A DNA stretch of 63,275 nt, filler included, from Octopus bimaculoides (lineage: Eukaryota), in assembly GCF_001194135.2 (NCBI RefSeq). It is 6 parts of 6 records of this genome, joined end to end, with 100 filler letters (N's around TTAATTAATTAA, not from the genome) between each part and the next. Parts side by side here need not be neighbours in the genome. Positions count along the whole stretch, not along the records: positions 25,533 to 47,403 come from NC_068984.1; 5 more parts are not named here. One strand, 5' to 3'. Position 1 is the first letter of the stretch. Each line of letters opens with the position of its first letter. Below, piece after piece: positions 26,915 to 39,932 of this stretch. The translations under genes and the position numbers were made by a program. A model generated the notes under the pieces. It saw nothing but the letters and a program-made list of their open reading frames with translations, did not search any database and was not told where the DNA came from.

Positions 26915-27139
26915 TATCACGTGATCAAGATGACTTCCCTTTGCAAATACAGACAGGACACAAATGTGCGTCAATAGCAAGCTGGAGGAGATGTTCTCCT
27001 GGGGCTAAAAACAACAATAATATTCACCCTTAGGGCTTAGCCACATTTAAGTGGCAAATATACTTCACGTTGTCATGCAGTTACTGTTTATACCTCGTTC
27101 AGAGATTTAACATTGATTATTATTATTATTATTATTGAG

Positions 27140-27360
27140 TGAGAGAGCAGTGCATGCCATAACAGTGACACTGAGGTAAACTATACGAAGCTCAGCTCAC
27201 CCACTATACTCTCAGAGTGGTTGGCATTAAGAAGGGCATCCAGCTGTAGAAACCTTGCCAAATCAGATTGGAGCTTGGTGCAGACTTCCGGCTTGCCAGT
27301 TCTCAGTCAGATCGTCCAACCCATGCCAGCATGGAAAGCAGACGTTCAACTATGATGATG
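27140..27360 (+). mobile_element. SINE family D (RTE-like tail ending in (GAT)n)
   Basis: gttggcattaagaagggcatccagctgtagaaacc...ccagcatggaaagcagacgttcaactatgatgatg. Confidence 0.75.
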
Positions 27361-27504
27361 ATATACACACATGACTGACCTTTCACCTACCGAATTCATT
27401 TACAAGACTTTGGTTAGCCTGAGGCAATAGTAGAAGACACTTGTCCAACGTGTAGCACAGATAGACTGAAACCAAGACCGTGTGGTTGGGAAGCAAACAG
27501 GTTA

Positions 27505-27720
27505 CTTATATTGGTTTCAAATTTTAGCACAAGGCCTGTAATTTAGTGGGAGGGGTAAGTCAATTACATCGACCCCAGTGCATAGCTGGTACTTATTTCA
27601 TTGACAAAAATGAAAGGCAAAGTCGACCTTGGCAAAATTTGAATCCCGAACATAAAGATGGATGAAACACTGCTAAACATTTTGCCTGGCATACTAGCAA
27701 TTCTGCCAGCTTGCTGACTT
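27505..27720 (-). mobile_element. SINE family B copy (CpG-decayed)
   Basis: aaggcaaagtcgaccttggcaaaatttgaat...ttttgcctggcatactag. Confidence 0.8.
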
Positions 27721-28795
27721 AAACTTCTTACTCATATTGAAATGACATAAAAATGTCCTTGTTACTGAGTATCACTGTTAAATCTACATAAATTACTTAG
27801 TCTATTATTTTTGCCTAAGAAGAGTAATCATTTAGTGATTATTGTCAGATCTTAAGTATATCTGTATCAGCCTATCTAGTTAGCTAGCTTTCAATTTTCA
27901 ATTAAGCTATGTATCTATCTACTTATTTACTTGCACATACATGGATAAATACATACATATATACACAAACATGGTGGTGGTGGGGGGGGGGGNNNNNNNN
28001 NNNNNNNNNNNNNNNNNNNNNNNNNNNNNNNNNNNNNNNNNNNNNNNNNNNNNNNNNNNNNNNNNNNNNNNNNNNNNNNNNNNNNNNNNNNNNNNNNNNN
28101 NNNNNNNNNNNNNNNNNNNNNNNNNNNNNNNNNNNNNNNNNNNNNNNNNNNNNNNNNNNNNNNNNNNNNNNNNNNNNNNNNNNNNNNNNNNNNNNNNNNN
28201 NNNNNNNNNNNNNNNNNNNNNNNNNNNNNNNNNNNNNNNNNNNNNNNNNNNNNNNNNNNNNNNNNNNNNNNNNNNNNNNNNNNNNNNNNNNNNNNNNNNN
28301 NNNNNNNNNNNNNNNNNNNNNNNNNNNNNNNNNNNNNNNNNNNNNNNNNNNNNNNNNNNNNNNNNNNNNNNNNNNNNNNNNNNNNNNNNNNNNNNNNNNN
28401 NNNNNNNNNNNNNNNNNNNNNNNNNNNNNNNNNNNNNNNNNNNNNNNNNNNNNNNNNNNNNNNNNNNNNNNNNNNNNNNNNNNNNNNNNNNNNNNNNNNN
28501 NNNNNNNNNNNNNNNNNNNNNNNNNNNNNNNNNNNNNNNNNNNNNNNNNNNNNNNNNNNNNNNNNNNNNNNNNNNNNNNNNNNNNNNNNNNNNNNNNNNN
28601 NNNNNNNNNNNNNNNNNNNNNNNNNNNNNNNNNNNNNNNNNNNNNNNNNNNNNNNNNNNNNNNNNNNNNNNNNNNNNNNNNNNNNNNNNNNNNNNNNNNN
28701 NNNNNNNNNNNNNNNNNNNNNNNNNNNNNNNNNNNNNNNNNNNNNNNNNNNNNNNNTATATATATATATATATATATATATATCTGTATGTTAAA

Positions 28796-29125
28796 GTGAA
28801 GGCAGATGGTTTAGTGGTTAGGGCATTCCGCTCATGATCATAAGATCATGAGTTCAATTCCTGGCAATGCACTGCGTCCTTGAGCAAGACACTTTATTTC
28901 ACGTTTCTCCAGTTCAGTCAGCTGGCAAAAATGAATGGTACCTGTATTTCAAAGGGCCAGCCTTGTCACACTCAGTGTCACGCTGAATCTCCCCAAGAAC
29001 TACATTAAGGGTACACGTGTCTGTGGAGTGCTCAGCCACTTGCACGTTAACTTCACGAGCAAGCTGCTTCGTTGATCACATCAGCTGGGACCCTAGTCGT
29101 CATAACTGACAGAATGTTCCTTGTA
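28796..29125 (+). mobile_element. tRNA-derived SINE, family C
   Basis: A/B-box-like tagtggttagggc / gagttcaattcc; tail gccttgtcacac...gtgtctgtggagtgctcagccacttgcacgtt shared with 32039. Confidence 0.8.
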
Positions 29126-29344
29126 TGTTACATGTTTGTGTTTTCCTTCTTCACAAATATTTCACTGCTATATTTAACAGGTCAAGTGAGTGATTATATA
29201 GACAGTAACTCTCAATTGCTTTGCGAACTCATTTGTCAGTGTTACTGTTGTTGTTTTCACTGTAGGTGGCGCTGTTGTCGACTAATGAGGCAATATGATC
29301 GCAGCTGTTGCAGGAACGATTGAGTATAACTTACAACAATAACA

Positions 29345-30165
29345 AACCACTACCACCACCACCACCACCACAGTCAACATCATCATCATCATCTTCCGCA
29401 GCAACAGTAGTTTTCTTTTCATCAACACTATGACCACCACTACTATTGCCGCCATCATTAATGCCACTATTACTATCACCANNNNNNNNNNNNNNNNNNN
29501 NNNNNNNNNNNNNNNNNNNNNNNNNNNNNNNNNNNNNNNNNNNNNNNNNNNNNNNNNNNNNNNNNNNNNNNNNNNNNNNNNNNNNNNNNNNNNNNNNNNN
29601 NNNNNNNNNNNNNNNNNNNNNNNNNNNNCCATCACCATCATCACTGCTAACAGCATCACCATCACCGCATCTACTGTCATCACCACCATGACCACCACTA
29701 CTATTGCCGCCATCATTAATGCCACTATTACTATCACCAACACTACCTTCACCACTACTACCATCATTACCATCATCACCACCATCACCATTATAAGTAT
29801 CATTACCACCAGCAGCAGCAGCAGCAAAAACCACAACCACCACCACCACCATAATCACCAGCAGCCATAGCACTAACACCATCACCACCACATGGCCACT
29901 GCCATGGCAGCCATCACCCTGCCATTACTGCCTCGACCACCACCACTGTGCCACTACCACCACAGCTGCCACTGCTGTTGTCGCCACCACCATTTCTGCC
30001 ACCAACACCGCCACCACCTCTACCAGTAGCAACACTGCTAACATCAACATGTTCCTCAGAATAAGATTCCTCATTGTCATTACCTCCACCACCAATACCA
30101 CCACCACCACCACCACCACCAGCATCAGCCCACTGCCATCACTACCACCACCACCAATCTAGCAT
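29345..30165. repeat. (CAC/CAT/CAG)n low-complexity block with gap
   Basis: Direct reading. Confidence 0.9.
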
Positions 30166-31006
30166 CATCATCCCTAATACCATTATTATATGAAACTTGG
30201 TTCAGTGATAAGATATCTAAACAAGATATCTTTTAGCAGTTATCGACTACTTAGGACCCACACCATTGAGATTTCAATGGTATCCAGTAACCCCTAATAT
30301 CGACTGACATTCTCATAAAAAGGGTTCCAATTTATTTACTTATTTATTTATTAATTGTTTGTTTGTTTATTCAGCAATCTCTTTCTAGGAATGATGCTAA
30401 ATTAGGCATCAGAGTAAAATTTACTTTACAAAGTTGATCTCAGCAGGATTTGAACTTGGAATGTAAAGACCCCGAAAGAAAGATGCTCTAGTGACTGTGC
30501 TAGTCTGCCAGCTCAGCTCAAGGTTAAGACTGAGTGTAACCTTAGGCTGATATATATATATATACATATATATATATTTAAGAGTCAGAAAATGAAGAAT
30601 ATAGAAAAAATTGATGTACAGATGTTATTTATTTAAAGACATTCAAATCCATGTAAAGAAATTCCTGCCTACAGCTGTTTCCACACCCAATCAATTTGAT
30701 TACAGAAAAAATTCAAATTCCCATATTTGAATCCATTCAATTTCAGTACATCAGTATTTTCTAATTTCTTCATTTTCTCATTCTTAAAGTTTTTTAAATA
30801 CCTATACATTTGAATGATAAACTAATATACTTGGTTTTCACTGAACACTGGTATAAACCAGTGAACTAGAATACTTGCAACGCTTAAGGGATTTTAGTTC
30901 CTTGACTAAATAAAATATACATATATATATATACACATACATATGTATATATGCATGTATGTCTATCTGTTTATATATGTATATGTGTGTATGTGTGTGT
31001 GTGTCT

Positions 31007-31063
<57 letters not shown>

Positions 31064-31350
31064 TTTACTCTACCTCTGGTATTTGAGTACTCTTTTTTCC
31101 ACCTTGTTTTACATTTATATGCTTACTCCGGTATATATATATGTGTGTGTGTGTGTGTGGAGGCGCAATGGCTCAGTCATTAGGGCAGTGGACTCGCAGT
31201 TGTAGGATCACGGTTTCGATTCCCAGACCGGCCTTTGTGAGTGTTTATTGAGCGGAAACACCTAAAGCTGCATAAGAGGCTCTGGTAGGGGATAGCGGCG
31301 AAACCAGTTGTACGCTTTCGTCACAACTTTCGCACAATGAAATAACATAC

Positions 31351-31470
31351 TTTTGATGCAAGTCTGATGAAATGCAACTCTAATATCTAAAACTGCAAAC
31401 ATTACATAGATTTTCCCTTCAAATATTGTGTGAATTGGCATTACAAGCAGAGTTGGAAGAGAAATAATTC
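31351..31470 (-). CDS. Candidate internal exon (120 nt, phase 1-1)
   Basis: Acceptor gtcttcag, donor AAA|gtatgt. Single open frame GIISLPTLLVMPIHTIFEGKIYVMFAVLDIRVAFHQTCIK. Confidence 0.25.
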
Positions 31471-31689
31471 CTGAAGACATGCAAACACAGCTATTGTTGG
31501 CTCATATCAATGGAACAATGTGTATACGTGCAACCCTCAGCAGTTCCCAGCAGAAACAACTGCTGTGATTTGGAATAAAGCCTGTTCATTCCATTTTCTT
31601 GTACTAAAATTTTTGGTATGATTTCTGTTGATATTAAGGCTCCATGTATGTTTTAGCATGGTTTCTACAATTGGCTAACCTCCAAATGC

Positions 31690-32000
31690 CAACCACTTTA
31701 CAGTGTGTACTGGTTGTCTTTGTGCAACATTGGCACAGTTGCATTTACATGACACTGGTATGGGTGATTTTTACATGGCACCAGCACCCACAAGCCTGGA
31801 TGATTAGAAATGCCCAGTTGGAGTGGGATGCAGGTGACATGCTTGTATGCAAGGACAACAACTCTTTCACCTAGCTCGATGTGTTTTCTCAAGCACTGCC
31901 AACAGTCTTGGTTCCCTGACATCCCATCCGTGAGGCCCAACATCTGAAGATCGTTTCTCACCACTTCATCCCACCTCTTACTGGATTTACCTTTTCCATT
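31690..32000 (-). mobile_element. RTE LINE 3' end fragment
   Basis: Minus reading ...WDEVVRNDLQMLGLTDGM... typical of RTE C-termini. Confidence 0.65.
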
Positions 32001-32038
32001 TGTTCTCTCTGTTTAATAATGATTATTACATGTATGGT

Positions 32039-32418
32039 GGAGGCGTAATGGCCCAGTGGTTAGGGCAGCGGACTCGCGGTCATAAGATCACGGTTTCAAT
32101 TCCCAGACCTGGCGTTGTCAGTGTTTATTGAGCGAAAACACCTAAAGCTCCACGAGGCTCCGGCAGGGGATGGTGGCAAACCCTGCTGTACTCTTTCACC
32201 ACAACTTCCTCTCATTCTTTCTTCCTGTTTCTGTTGTGCCTGTAATTCAAAGGGTCAGCCTTGTCACACTGTGTCACGCTGAATATCCCCGAGAACTACG
32301 TTAAGGGTACACGTGTCTGTGGAGTGCTCAGCCACTTGCACGTTAATTTCACGAGCAGGCTGTTCCGTTGATCGGATCCACTGGAACCCTCGATGTCGTA
32401 AGCGACGGAGTGCCAACA
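32039..32418 (+). mobile_element. tRNA-derived SINE family C, near full length
   Basis: A box TGGCCCAGTGG, B box GGTTTCAATTCC, conserved body and tail. A truncated copy lies at 31158-31335. Confidence 0.85.
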
Positions 32419-32494
32419 CACACAACACATTACATATATGACATATTATCTGATATATTTATCCATGGTGCTAAAAATATACTTTCATTCTTAC

Positions 32495-32523
32495 CTGCTG
32501 TATGATGGGTAGCACTCTGGTAT
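32495..32523 (-). CDS. Candidate small exon (29 nt)
   Basis: attattcag|ATACCAGAGTGCTACCCATCATACAGCAG|gtaaga. Strong donor; all three frames open. Confidence 0.4.
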
Positions 32524-32827
32524 CTGAATAATCTCGATAACAAGTTATTATTGGTCACTGATTTGTTGAGAATGAATGTAGAAATTCTATTGACACATTA
32601 TATTACTGGTATTCAGTTAATTTACTTGCCTGCATGTGATGAGAGGGAGTCAATTGTTAGGAGATTTGAACTCAAAAATAAAGAAATAAAATCTTGCATG
32701 ATATTGAGTCTGCAAAGTCATCGATCTCAAAATGTCTGTATAATGCATTAAAAACGAAACACTATACATACATATATATCTATATATGTATATGCATTTG
32801 CATCTCTCACTCTCTCTTTTTCTGTCT

Positions 32828-32874
<47 letters not shown>

Positions 32875-32884
32875 NNNNNNNNNN

Positions 32885-32930
<46 letters not shown>

Positions 32931-33399
32931 TAAATATTTCATTTACCATACTACAAAAGCAATATGTGGTGCATCATATCTCCTTTCCTTTATTGTATAC
33001 AAACAAAGTAGAAAGTAGGCTAAGTAAGAGAGAGAGAGAGAAAGAGGAGGAGGAGAGACAGAGACAGACAGACCAACAGAGAGATAGAAAGACAGACAAG
33101 CAGACAGACAGGCAGAAGTCAGAGAGAGAGAGAGAGAGATCAGTTGCTATGGATTTTTTTCAGTCTGGTAGAGTTAGTGCCGAGAGTAAAAACTAGATAA
33201 GATGATTTATGGTATCCAATGTTTGTTACTTCAAATCCTTTCTTTGCTTTCACTTCTCTTCTATTCTCTCATCTATGGCAGAGGAGGGGGGAGAGGAGCG
33301 GAGTGGAGTTGGTAGAATAAGTACGAGACATACTTACGTATATAAATACATACACACACATACACACACATGTATATGAATGTATAAGTATATATATAA

Positions 33400-33445
<46 letters not shown>

Positions 33446-33984
33446 CACACACACACATATATATATATATACCTATGCCATCATGGAAGGCGGACGTTAA
33501 ACGTTGATGATGATGATGAATATATTTATATATATATGTTTCATGTATCATACATACATACATATATATATATATTTATATATATATCTATCTATAGACA
33601 GACACGCACACACATGCACATGCGCGCACACGCACACACTCAGTGTTTTGTTTAAAAAATATATCAGAATCAGAATAGCATAGAGTTAATGGAAAAAGAC
33701 TCCAGCAGCAAATTTTGCAAGTTTGATGATAGAATGAAACCATCAAAAGTAGTAGTTACCATTATAGAAATACAAAAAGGCTGCAAACTTTATTCATTTT
33801 TTTTTTTCTTTTGACTTGTTGATTCTGGAAAAAGGGGCAGAGCCCATGACCCTTGGCAGACCCATTGAAACTAATGAGATTGGTACTGATAATGTTTGGT
33901 TTAAATGATTGCAGAACAATGACTCCTGAAAAGACATTAATATGGATGAGATTCTAGAGACCAGCCAGGTCCAAGCATCAGTGA

Positions 33985-35105
33985 TCATTATGGTAATGTT
34001 TCAATAACTACTGGAAAGACACATGAATAGAGAAGAGATTCCAGAGGGTTGATGTTATGGGTGGAAGAAGGATTGAAATTATTTGTTACTGCAGAAAAGT
34101 TGGGGTTGAAATGCATCAAGGACGGTCAGCAGTGGGGAGAGAGACACACAATGATCAAGAATGCCTTAATGATGGAAATATAAGACAAATCAACTCCAAG
34201 TAACAATGAGCATTATTACTCTTTTACTCTTTTACTTGTTTCAGTCATTTGACCGCGGCCATGCTGGAGCACCGCCTTTAGTCGAGCAAATCGACCCCAG
34301 GACTTATTCATTGTAGGCCTAGTACTTATTCTATCGGTCCCTTTTTGCCGAACTGCCAAGTTACGGGGTTGTAAACACACCAGCCTCGGTTGTCAAGCGA
34401 TGTTGGGGGGGGGGGCAAAAACACAGACACACAAACACACACACATATGTATATACATACACATATATACGATGGGCTTCTTTAAGTTTCCATCCTACCA
34501 CATCTACTCCCAAGGCTTTGGTCGGCCCGAGGCTAGAGTAGAAGACACTTGCCCAAGGTGTCACACAGTGGGACTGAACCCAGAACCATGTGGTTGGTAA
34601 GCAAGCTACTTACCATGCAACCACCCCTAACCACTGGAGAAGCATGACTAGGGAGGAGATTACAGAGGGTTGATGTTGTGGGGAAGAAGGATAAGAAATA
34701 GTAGCTAGAGAGCAGGGAAAGTGTTGTTGAAATGCATCAAAGGTGATTACTGGTGGAAAGAGACACAGAGATCAAGAATTCCTGGGTAATAGAGATTCAA
34801 GACCGACCAGCTCCAAACAACAGTGGATATTATGCATCAAACATGATCAACAGGGCAGAGTGAGAAACAAACATGGATCAAGAATGCCTGAGTGGTGGAG
34901 AAACAAAAAACAGCTAGCTCCAAGGAACAGTGGGCATTAAGCAAATTATTCAACAATCATTGGAAAGACATGAAAAGAGAGGAGATTCTAGAGGGGTGAA
35001 GTTGTGGGGAAGAAAGATTGGAAATAAGCGTTTAGTGTCGGAAAAGTGTTGTTGAAATGCATTGAATGTGATCAGTGGTGGAGGAATGGATCAAGAATGC
35101 CTGGG
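33985..35105 (-). mobile_element. Three tandem diverged CR1-like 3'-end fragments (interrupted by a SINE)
   Basis: Motif gaaagacatg..gagattccagagggttgatgttgtgggg..gttgaaatgcatc..gatcaagaatgcc recurs at ~33990, ~34635 and ~34960. Minus strand reads LWNL..HVFP. Confidence 0.6.
34215..34627 (-). mobile_element. SINE family A, full length
   Basis: gtttcagtcatttgaccgcggccatgctggagcaccgcc...gaacccagaaccatgtggttggtaagcaagctact. Confidence 0.9.
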
Positions 35106-35269
35106 AACCCTTAAATCCAGGAAATTTTCAGCACCCTCCTGTACATTGATGTCATTGGCAAAGCCATACAGCTTGAAACTGAGGATTTACCAAAGCCAAT
35201 AGTGGACTGTGATTCCTGGTGTGGCATTAAACAACATACCTTGGTTGTTGCCACTTGAAAGATGAGGTA

Positions 35270-35585
35270 AAAAAAAGGGCAAGATGTAGAAGAGGAGAAA
35301 TAAGAAGGGGGAGTGGAGGAAACAGAAGAAGTGGTGGAGGTAGAAGCAGAAGTGGAAGAAGAGTAAGAAGAGAGAGAGAGAGGAGGTGAGGAGAAGGATG
35401 AAGAAGAAGAAGAAGGAAAAGAAGAGGTGGAGGAGGAGGGAGAAGAGGGGGAGAAAGAAGAGGAGGAAGAAGGAGGATGAAGAAGAAGGAAAAGAAGAGG
35501 TGGAGGAGAGGAAGAAGAAGGGGGGAGAAAGAAGAGGAGGAAAGTGAAGAAAAGGAAGAAAAAGAAGAAGATGTTGATGACGATG
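35270..35585. repeat. Purine-rich (GAA/GAG)n low-complexity tract
   Basis: Direct reading. Confidence 0.9.
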
Positions 35586-35841
35586 AGCTAGAGGAAGTGA
35601 TTTAACTATCACCTCCTATTAAACATTTGTGTTAGAAATAATCATTATATAGAAAAAAATATAGAGATAAGACAGAACAGTGGAGACCAGAAAAGCATTA
35701 GATCAGATGGAGAGGGACAGAGATGAAGTACCAGTCATGTACTGGGATCAATAGTATCAGTTAAGGCCCCTCCCTTCAGAGAGACTTTTATGTTTTTATT
35801 GACTAAATCGTTAAATTTATAACATAATCACAGGCATGACT

Positions 35842-36003
35842 AGGTGCAGGCATGGCTGTGTGGGTTGAAGCTTGCTTCCCAGCCATCTGGTTCTCGGTTC
35901 AGTCCCAGTACGAGGCACCTTGGGCAAGTGTCCATAAACTATAGCCTCAGGCTGACTAAAGCCTTGTGAGTAGATTTGGTAGATGGAAACTGAAAGAAAC
36001 CTG

Positions 36004-36005
<2 letters not shown>
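35842..36005 (+). mobile_element. SINE family A 5' half
   Basis: tRNA-like head with ggttcagtccc B box. Confidence 0.8.
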
Positions 36006-36050
<45 letters not shown>

Positions 36051-37087
36051 TGTGATGGTGGGCTTGCAATCATGTCATGAGGTAGAGAGTTCNNNNNNNN
36101 NNNNNNNNNNNNNNNNNNNNNNNNNNNNNNNNNNNNNNNNNNNNNNNNNNNNNNNNNNNNNNNNNNNNNNNNNNNNNNNNNNNNNNNNNNNNNNNNNNNN
36201 NNNNNNNNNNNNNNNNNNNNNNNNNNNNNNNNNNNNNNNNNNNNNNNNNNNNNNNNNNNNNNNNNNNNNNNNNNNNNNNNNNNNNNNNNNNNNNNNNNNN
36301 NNNNNNNNNNNNNNNNNNNNNNNNNNNNGGGGGGGGGGTGATGATGATGATGATGATGATGATTAGGGTGATGGTAATGGTGATCAAATACAAATATAAT
36401 TAATGGTTAACTGTGTTCTGTTTATCTCAAAGTATACAGATACAACACATATGCATATATAGATATACAAACATACATACATACATACATATATATATAT
36501 ACTCATATGCATACATATACATACATATATATGTGTGTGTGTGTGCGTATGTATGTACATACATATATAGATAGATAGATAGATAGATAGAGTAAATGTA
36601 CATATGTTATCTACTTCATTGAAGTGTCCCAAATGGTAGTCTCAGTAGTAGTTAACAACCTGCATTTTTCCCTCCCCACGATCCTCTTGTGAGACAATTC
36701 TGTCGGAATAATGTTGGTTCTTGATCAGAATCTATCACTTTTATGAGTGGAGAGGAAACAAGAATTTAGGATTTTGTTATATAATTTTGTTATCTTGGAA
36801 AAAACTCTTTAGTTAATCTCAGGACATTGGCTGACCATTCTGGTTTATTTCATTAATGTCTGACTATCAGTTAACATATCTGTGAGGTAGTCTGCTGTGG
36901 ATACCACAATGCATTCCATATCGATAGGGCTGAGATTTATCTCCACTTCTGTTCCCTTGTTGTCCATTCATGGAAATTTTGTTTCCAGTCATACAATGTA
37001 TTGGTTTCAAATTTTGACTGAAGGCCAGCAACTCCAGCGAGTGGTTAAGTTGATTACGTCAACCCTAGTGCTTAAATGGTACATATT

Positions 37088-37487
37088 TTATCAATCCTGA
37101 AAGGATCATCATCATCATTATCATTGTTTAACGTCCGCTTTCCATGTTGGCATGGGTTGGACGATTTGACTGAGGACTGGTGAACCAGGTGGCTACACCA
37201 GGCTCCAATCTGATTTGGCAGAGTTTCTACAGCTGGATGCCCTTCCTAACGCCAACCACTCTGAGAGTATAGTGGGTGCTTTTATGTGTTACTGGCCCGT
37301 ATGGCCAGTCAGGAGGTATTGGCAATGGCCACGCTTGAAATGGTGTATTTTATGTGCCACCTGCACAGGAGCCAGTCTAGCGGTACTGGCAACGAACTCG
37401 CTCGGATGTCTTTTCACCTGCCACTGGCACAAGTGCCAGGAAGGCAACGTTGGTAATGAACACGCTCAAGTGGTGCTATTTTCGTGC
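37088..37487 (-). mobile_element. SINE family D nested inside a family B copy (36998-37590)
   Basis: Family B text breaks at ...cctgaaaggat and resumes at caaatctgacttaggtggaatttgaactc. Confidence 0.8.
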
Positions 37488-39540
37488 CCCAAATCTGACT
37501 TAGGTGGAATTTGAACTCGGAACATACAGACAGACAAGATGCCACGAAGCATTTTACCCAGCATACTTATGGTTCTGCCAGCTTGCTGTCCTAGTCACTC
37601 AGTATATTAAAATAGAGCATTGTTCTCATCCCTCAGTATATTAAAACAGAGAATAGTTTCTCATCTGTTGTTATTGTTGCTGATCCCTTGGTCAACCTTA
37701 ACTGAACAGACCTATAATCAAAGCATCTCCAAGCATGTCCAACCTGACTTTTAAAAGGCAAGTTGGACAACATTTCTGTTGTCTAGTGAGAATCATTATG
37801 TCCCTAGACACATGAATTCACATAACCTTGCAAACCAGATGCAAAAATGAAGTAGTAGGACGACATTATTTAATGTAAATTATTCTTAATAGTAGAATTG
37901 TAGTAGATAAAGCTATGAGTTATAGTATGTAGAGTATTAGGTTAAAATATCCCTCAGATGGAAAACAAGTTGAAGGCTTTTAACCTAATATTCTACATGC
38001 TGGCAGTCACATGACTGAAACTAGTAAAAGATAAAAAGATAATTTGTTTTAGTCAATTTTTTAGGTGGAAATATTATTTTAAATATAGTTAAAGGTCTAC
38101 ATTAATTTGTTTCTTTTGTTGCAGACGATTGCTGCCTCATACTGAAAGTGATACATTATTCTATTTACATTTACAGATCATCATCAACTTATGGCCACAA
38201 TTGGTTCCGATTGACTGGTCAAAGTCGATTTGATTAGATGTCAGCCTATAGGCCTATACATAGCTTTGTTTTATATTTTTACATTCTTAAGGTACATTCT
38301 CAAATAAAAGTCATACACAGCATTTTGCATCATACCACTATACAGGTGTTAGTCAAAAATTTCGGGGTCTCAAGCAATCATCTTATAAACAAATACAAGG
38401 TTGCGTCAATGTCTCTGTGACAGAATATTCGTTCAACACTTGAGATAACCACAGTAGCAATTGATAATCAAACTTAGGGGAAGTGTTTGCTAGCTGACAC
38501 CATTCGTTAATTTCTAATTAAACCCATTAGATTTCAGCTGGACTATTTATTATTGCTGCCGGGAGTTGGCACACCAATTGTCATAAAGTTGATCAGTCAT
38601 AAGTCAGACAGGTCATAAGTCAACGATGACCTGTAGTTTATATTTAGCTTGTTTTGATAATGTTTGGTAGTTTACATGTGAATGTTTTTGTCACAAATTG
38701 GCATTATTTTTATTGAGTTTTATATTATTTATCTGTTTTATAGATAGAAATATTTGTTTAAATATATTTTCTATTATCAAGGTTTTAGTTTTAATAGCTA
38801 TTGGTCTACATTGGTTTATTTCCATGTCATATCTTAAGATAACCGAAGCTTAATAGTTTAAGTTATAAGTTATTCTGCTTAGTTTAATAATGTTTTCATA
38901 TTTTAGATATGTGTTATAGATTGCTAGATGGCAATATCTAATTGTTTATGTTCTTTAATTAATGTATGTACTTGTAGTTATAGGCTATTATTTTCCTTAG
39001 GCTATTATTTTCCATTTCATATATTTGCAGCTTGTTTCTGATGATGTTCAATATCACCTTTTTCGAAACATTTAGTTTGTTTTTTTATTTTAATGTTCTA
39101 TAGTTTATAAGTTCTATAATATTTCAGGTGACAATATGCATTTTGATGACATTTTCTTGTTTTCTATGTTTTATTTTTCAATTTCTGTGCTTCATACCTA
39201 TAGTTATGTAATAATTTATGTTTGCGATTTGACATTTGCATTTTTTACAATAAGCATATGTAGAAATAATAGACATATTACACTAATAGTTCATTTCCAA
39301 GCTATGTCTATGTTTTTAATGCTACTTATACAGTCAGATTGAATGCTACTGCTGAGGTGTTGAAAACATAATGATAACAGTTAGGCAGCTGATGAAGGAT
39401 CTATATATTTGCTGTGCTTGTTAAGTGGGAAATTTTCATATTTTATGTTATAATGTTCTAACGTGCTTCTCATTGAAATCTTAGTTCTTGTAAGGTTAAA
39501 CTTGTTTAAGTATTCTTGTTTTCTTGGTTGTTTCAATGTA

Positions 39541-39932
39541 TAGGTGCAGGAGTGGCTGTGTGGTAAGTAGCTTGCTTACCAACCACATGGTTCCGGGTTC
39601 ATTCCCACTGCTTGGCACCTTGGGCAAGTGTCTTGTACTATAGCCTCGGGCCAACCAAAGCCTTGTGAGTGGATTTAGTAGACGGAAACTGAAAGAAGCC
39701 CGTCATATATATGTATGTGTGTGTATATGTTTGTGTCTCCGTGTTTGTCTCCCCCGCCATCGCTTGACAACCGATGGTGGTGTGTTTACATCCCCGTAAC
39801 TTAGCGGTTTGGCAAAAGAGACCGATAGAATAAGTACTAGGCTTCCAGAGAATAAGTCCTGGGGTCGATTTGCTCGACTGAAGGCAGTGCTCCAGCATGG
39901 CCGCAGTCAAATGACAGAAACAAGTAAAAGAG
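39541..39932 (+). mobile_element. SINE family A, full length
   Basis: ggtgcaggagtggctgtgtggtaagtagcttgc...ccagcatggccgcagtcaaatgacagaaacaagtaaaagag. Confidence 0.9.

Noticed and set aside
29431-29738. 51-bp direct repeat either side of a gap
   Set aside because: Lies within a low-complexity array flanking N; probably redundant contig ends.
32039-32112. tRNA-like sequences with A/B boxes (also 28796, 31158, 39541)
   Set aside because: They continue into shared multi-copy bodies and tails, so they are SINE heads rather than tRNA genes.
32495-32523. Frame TRVLPIIQQ resembling a SETD2 segment (KVLPIIQRW)
   Set aside because: Too short, and no other SETD2-like exon is visible in the window.
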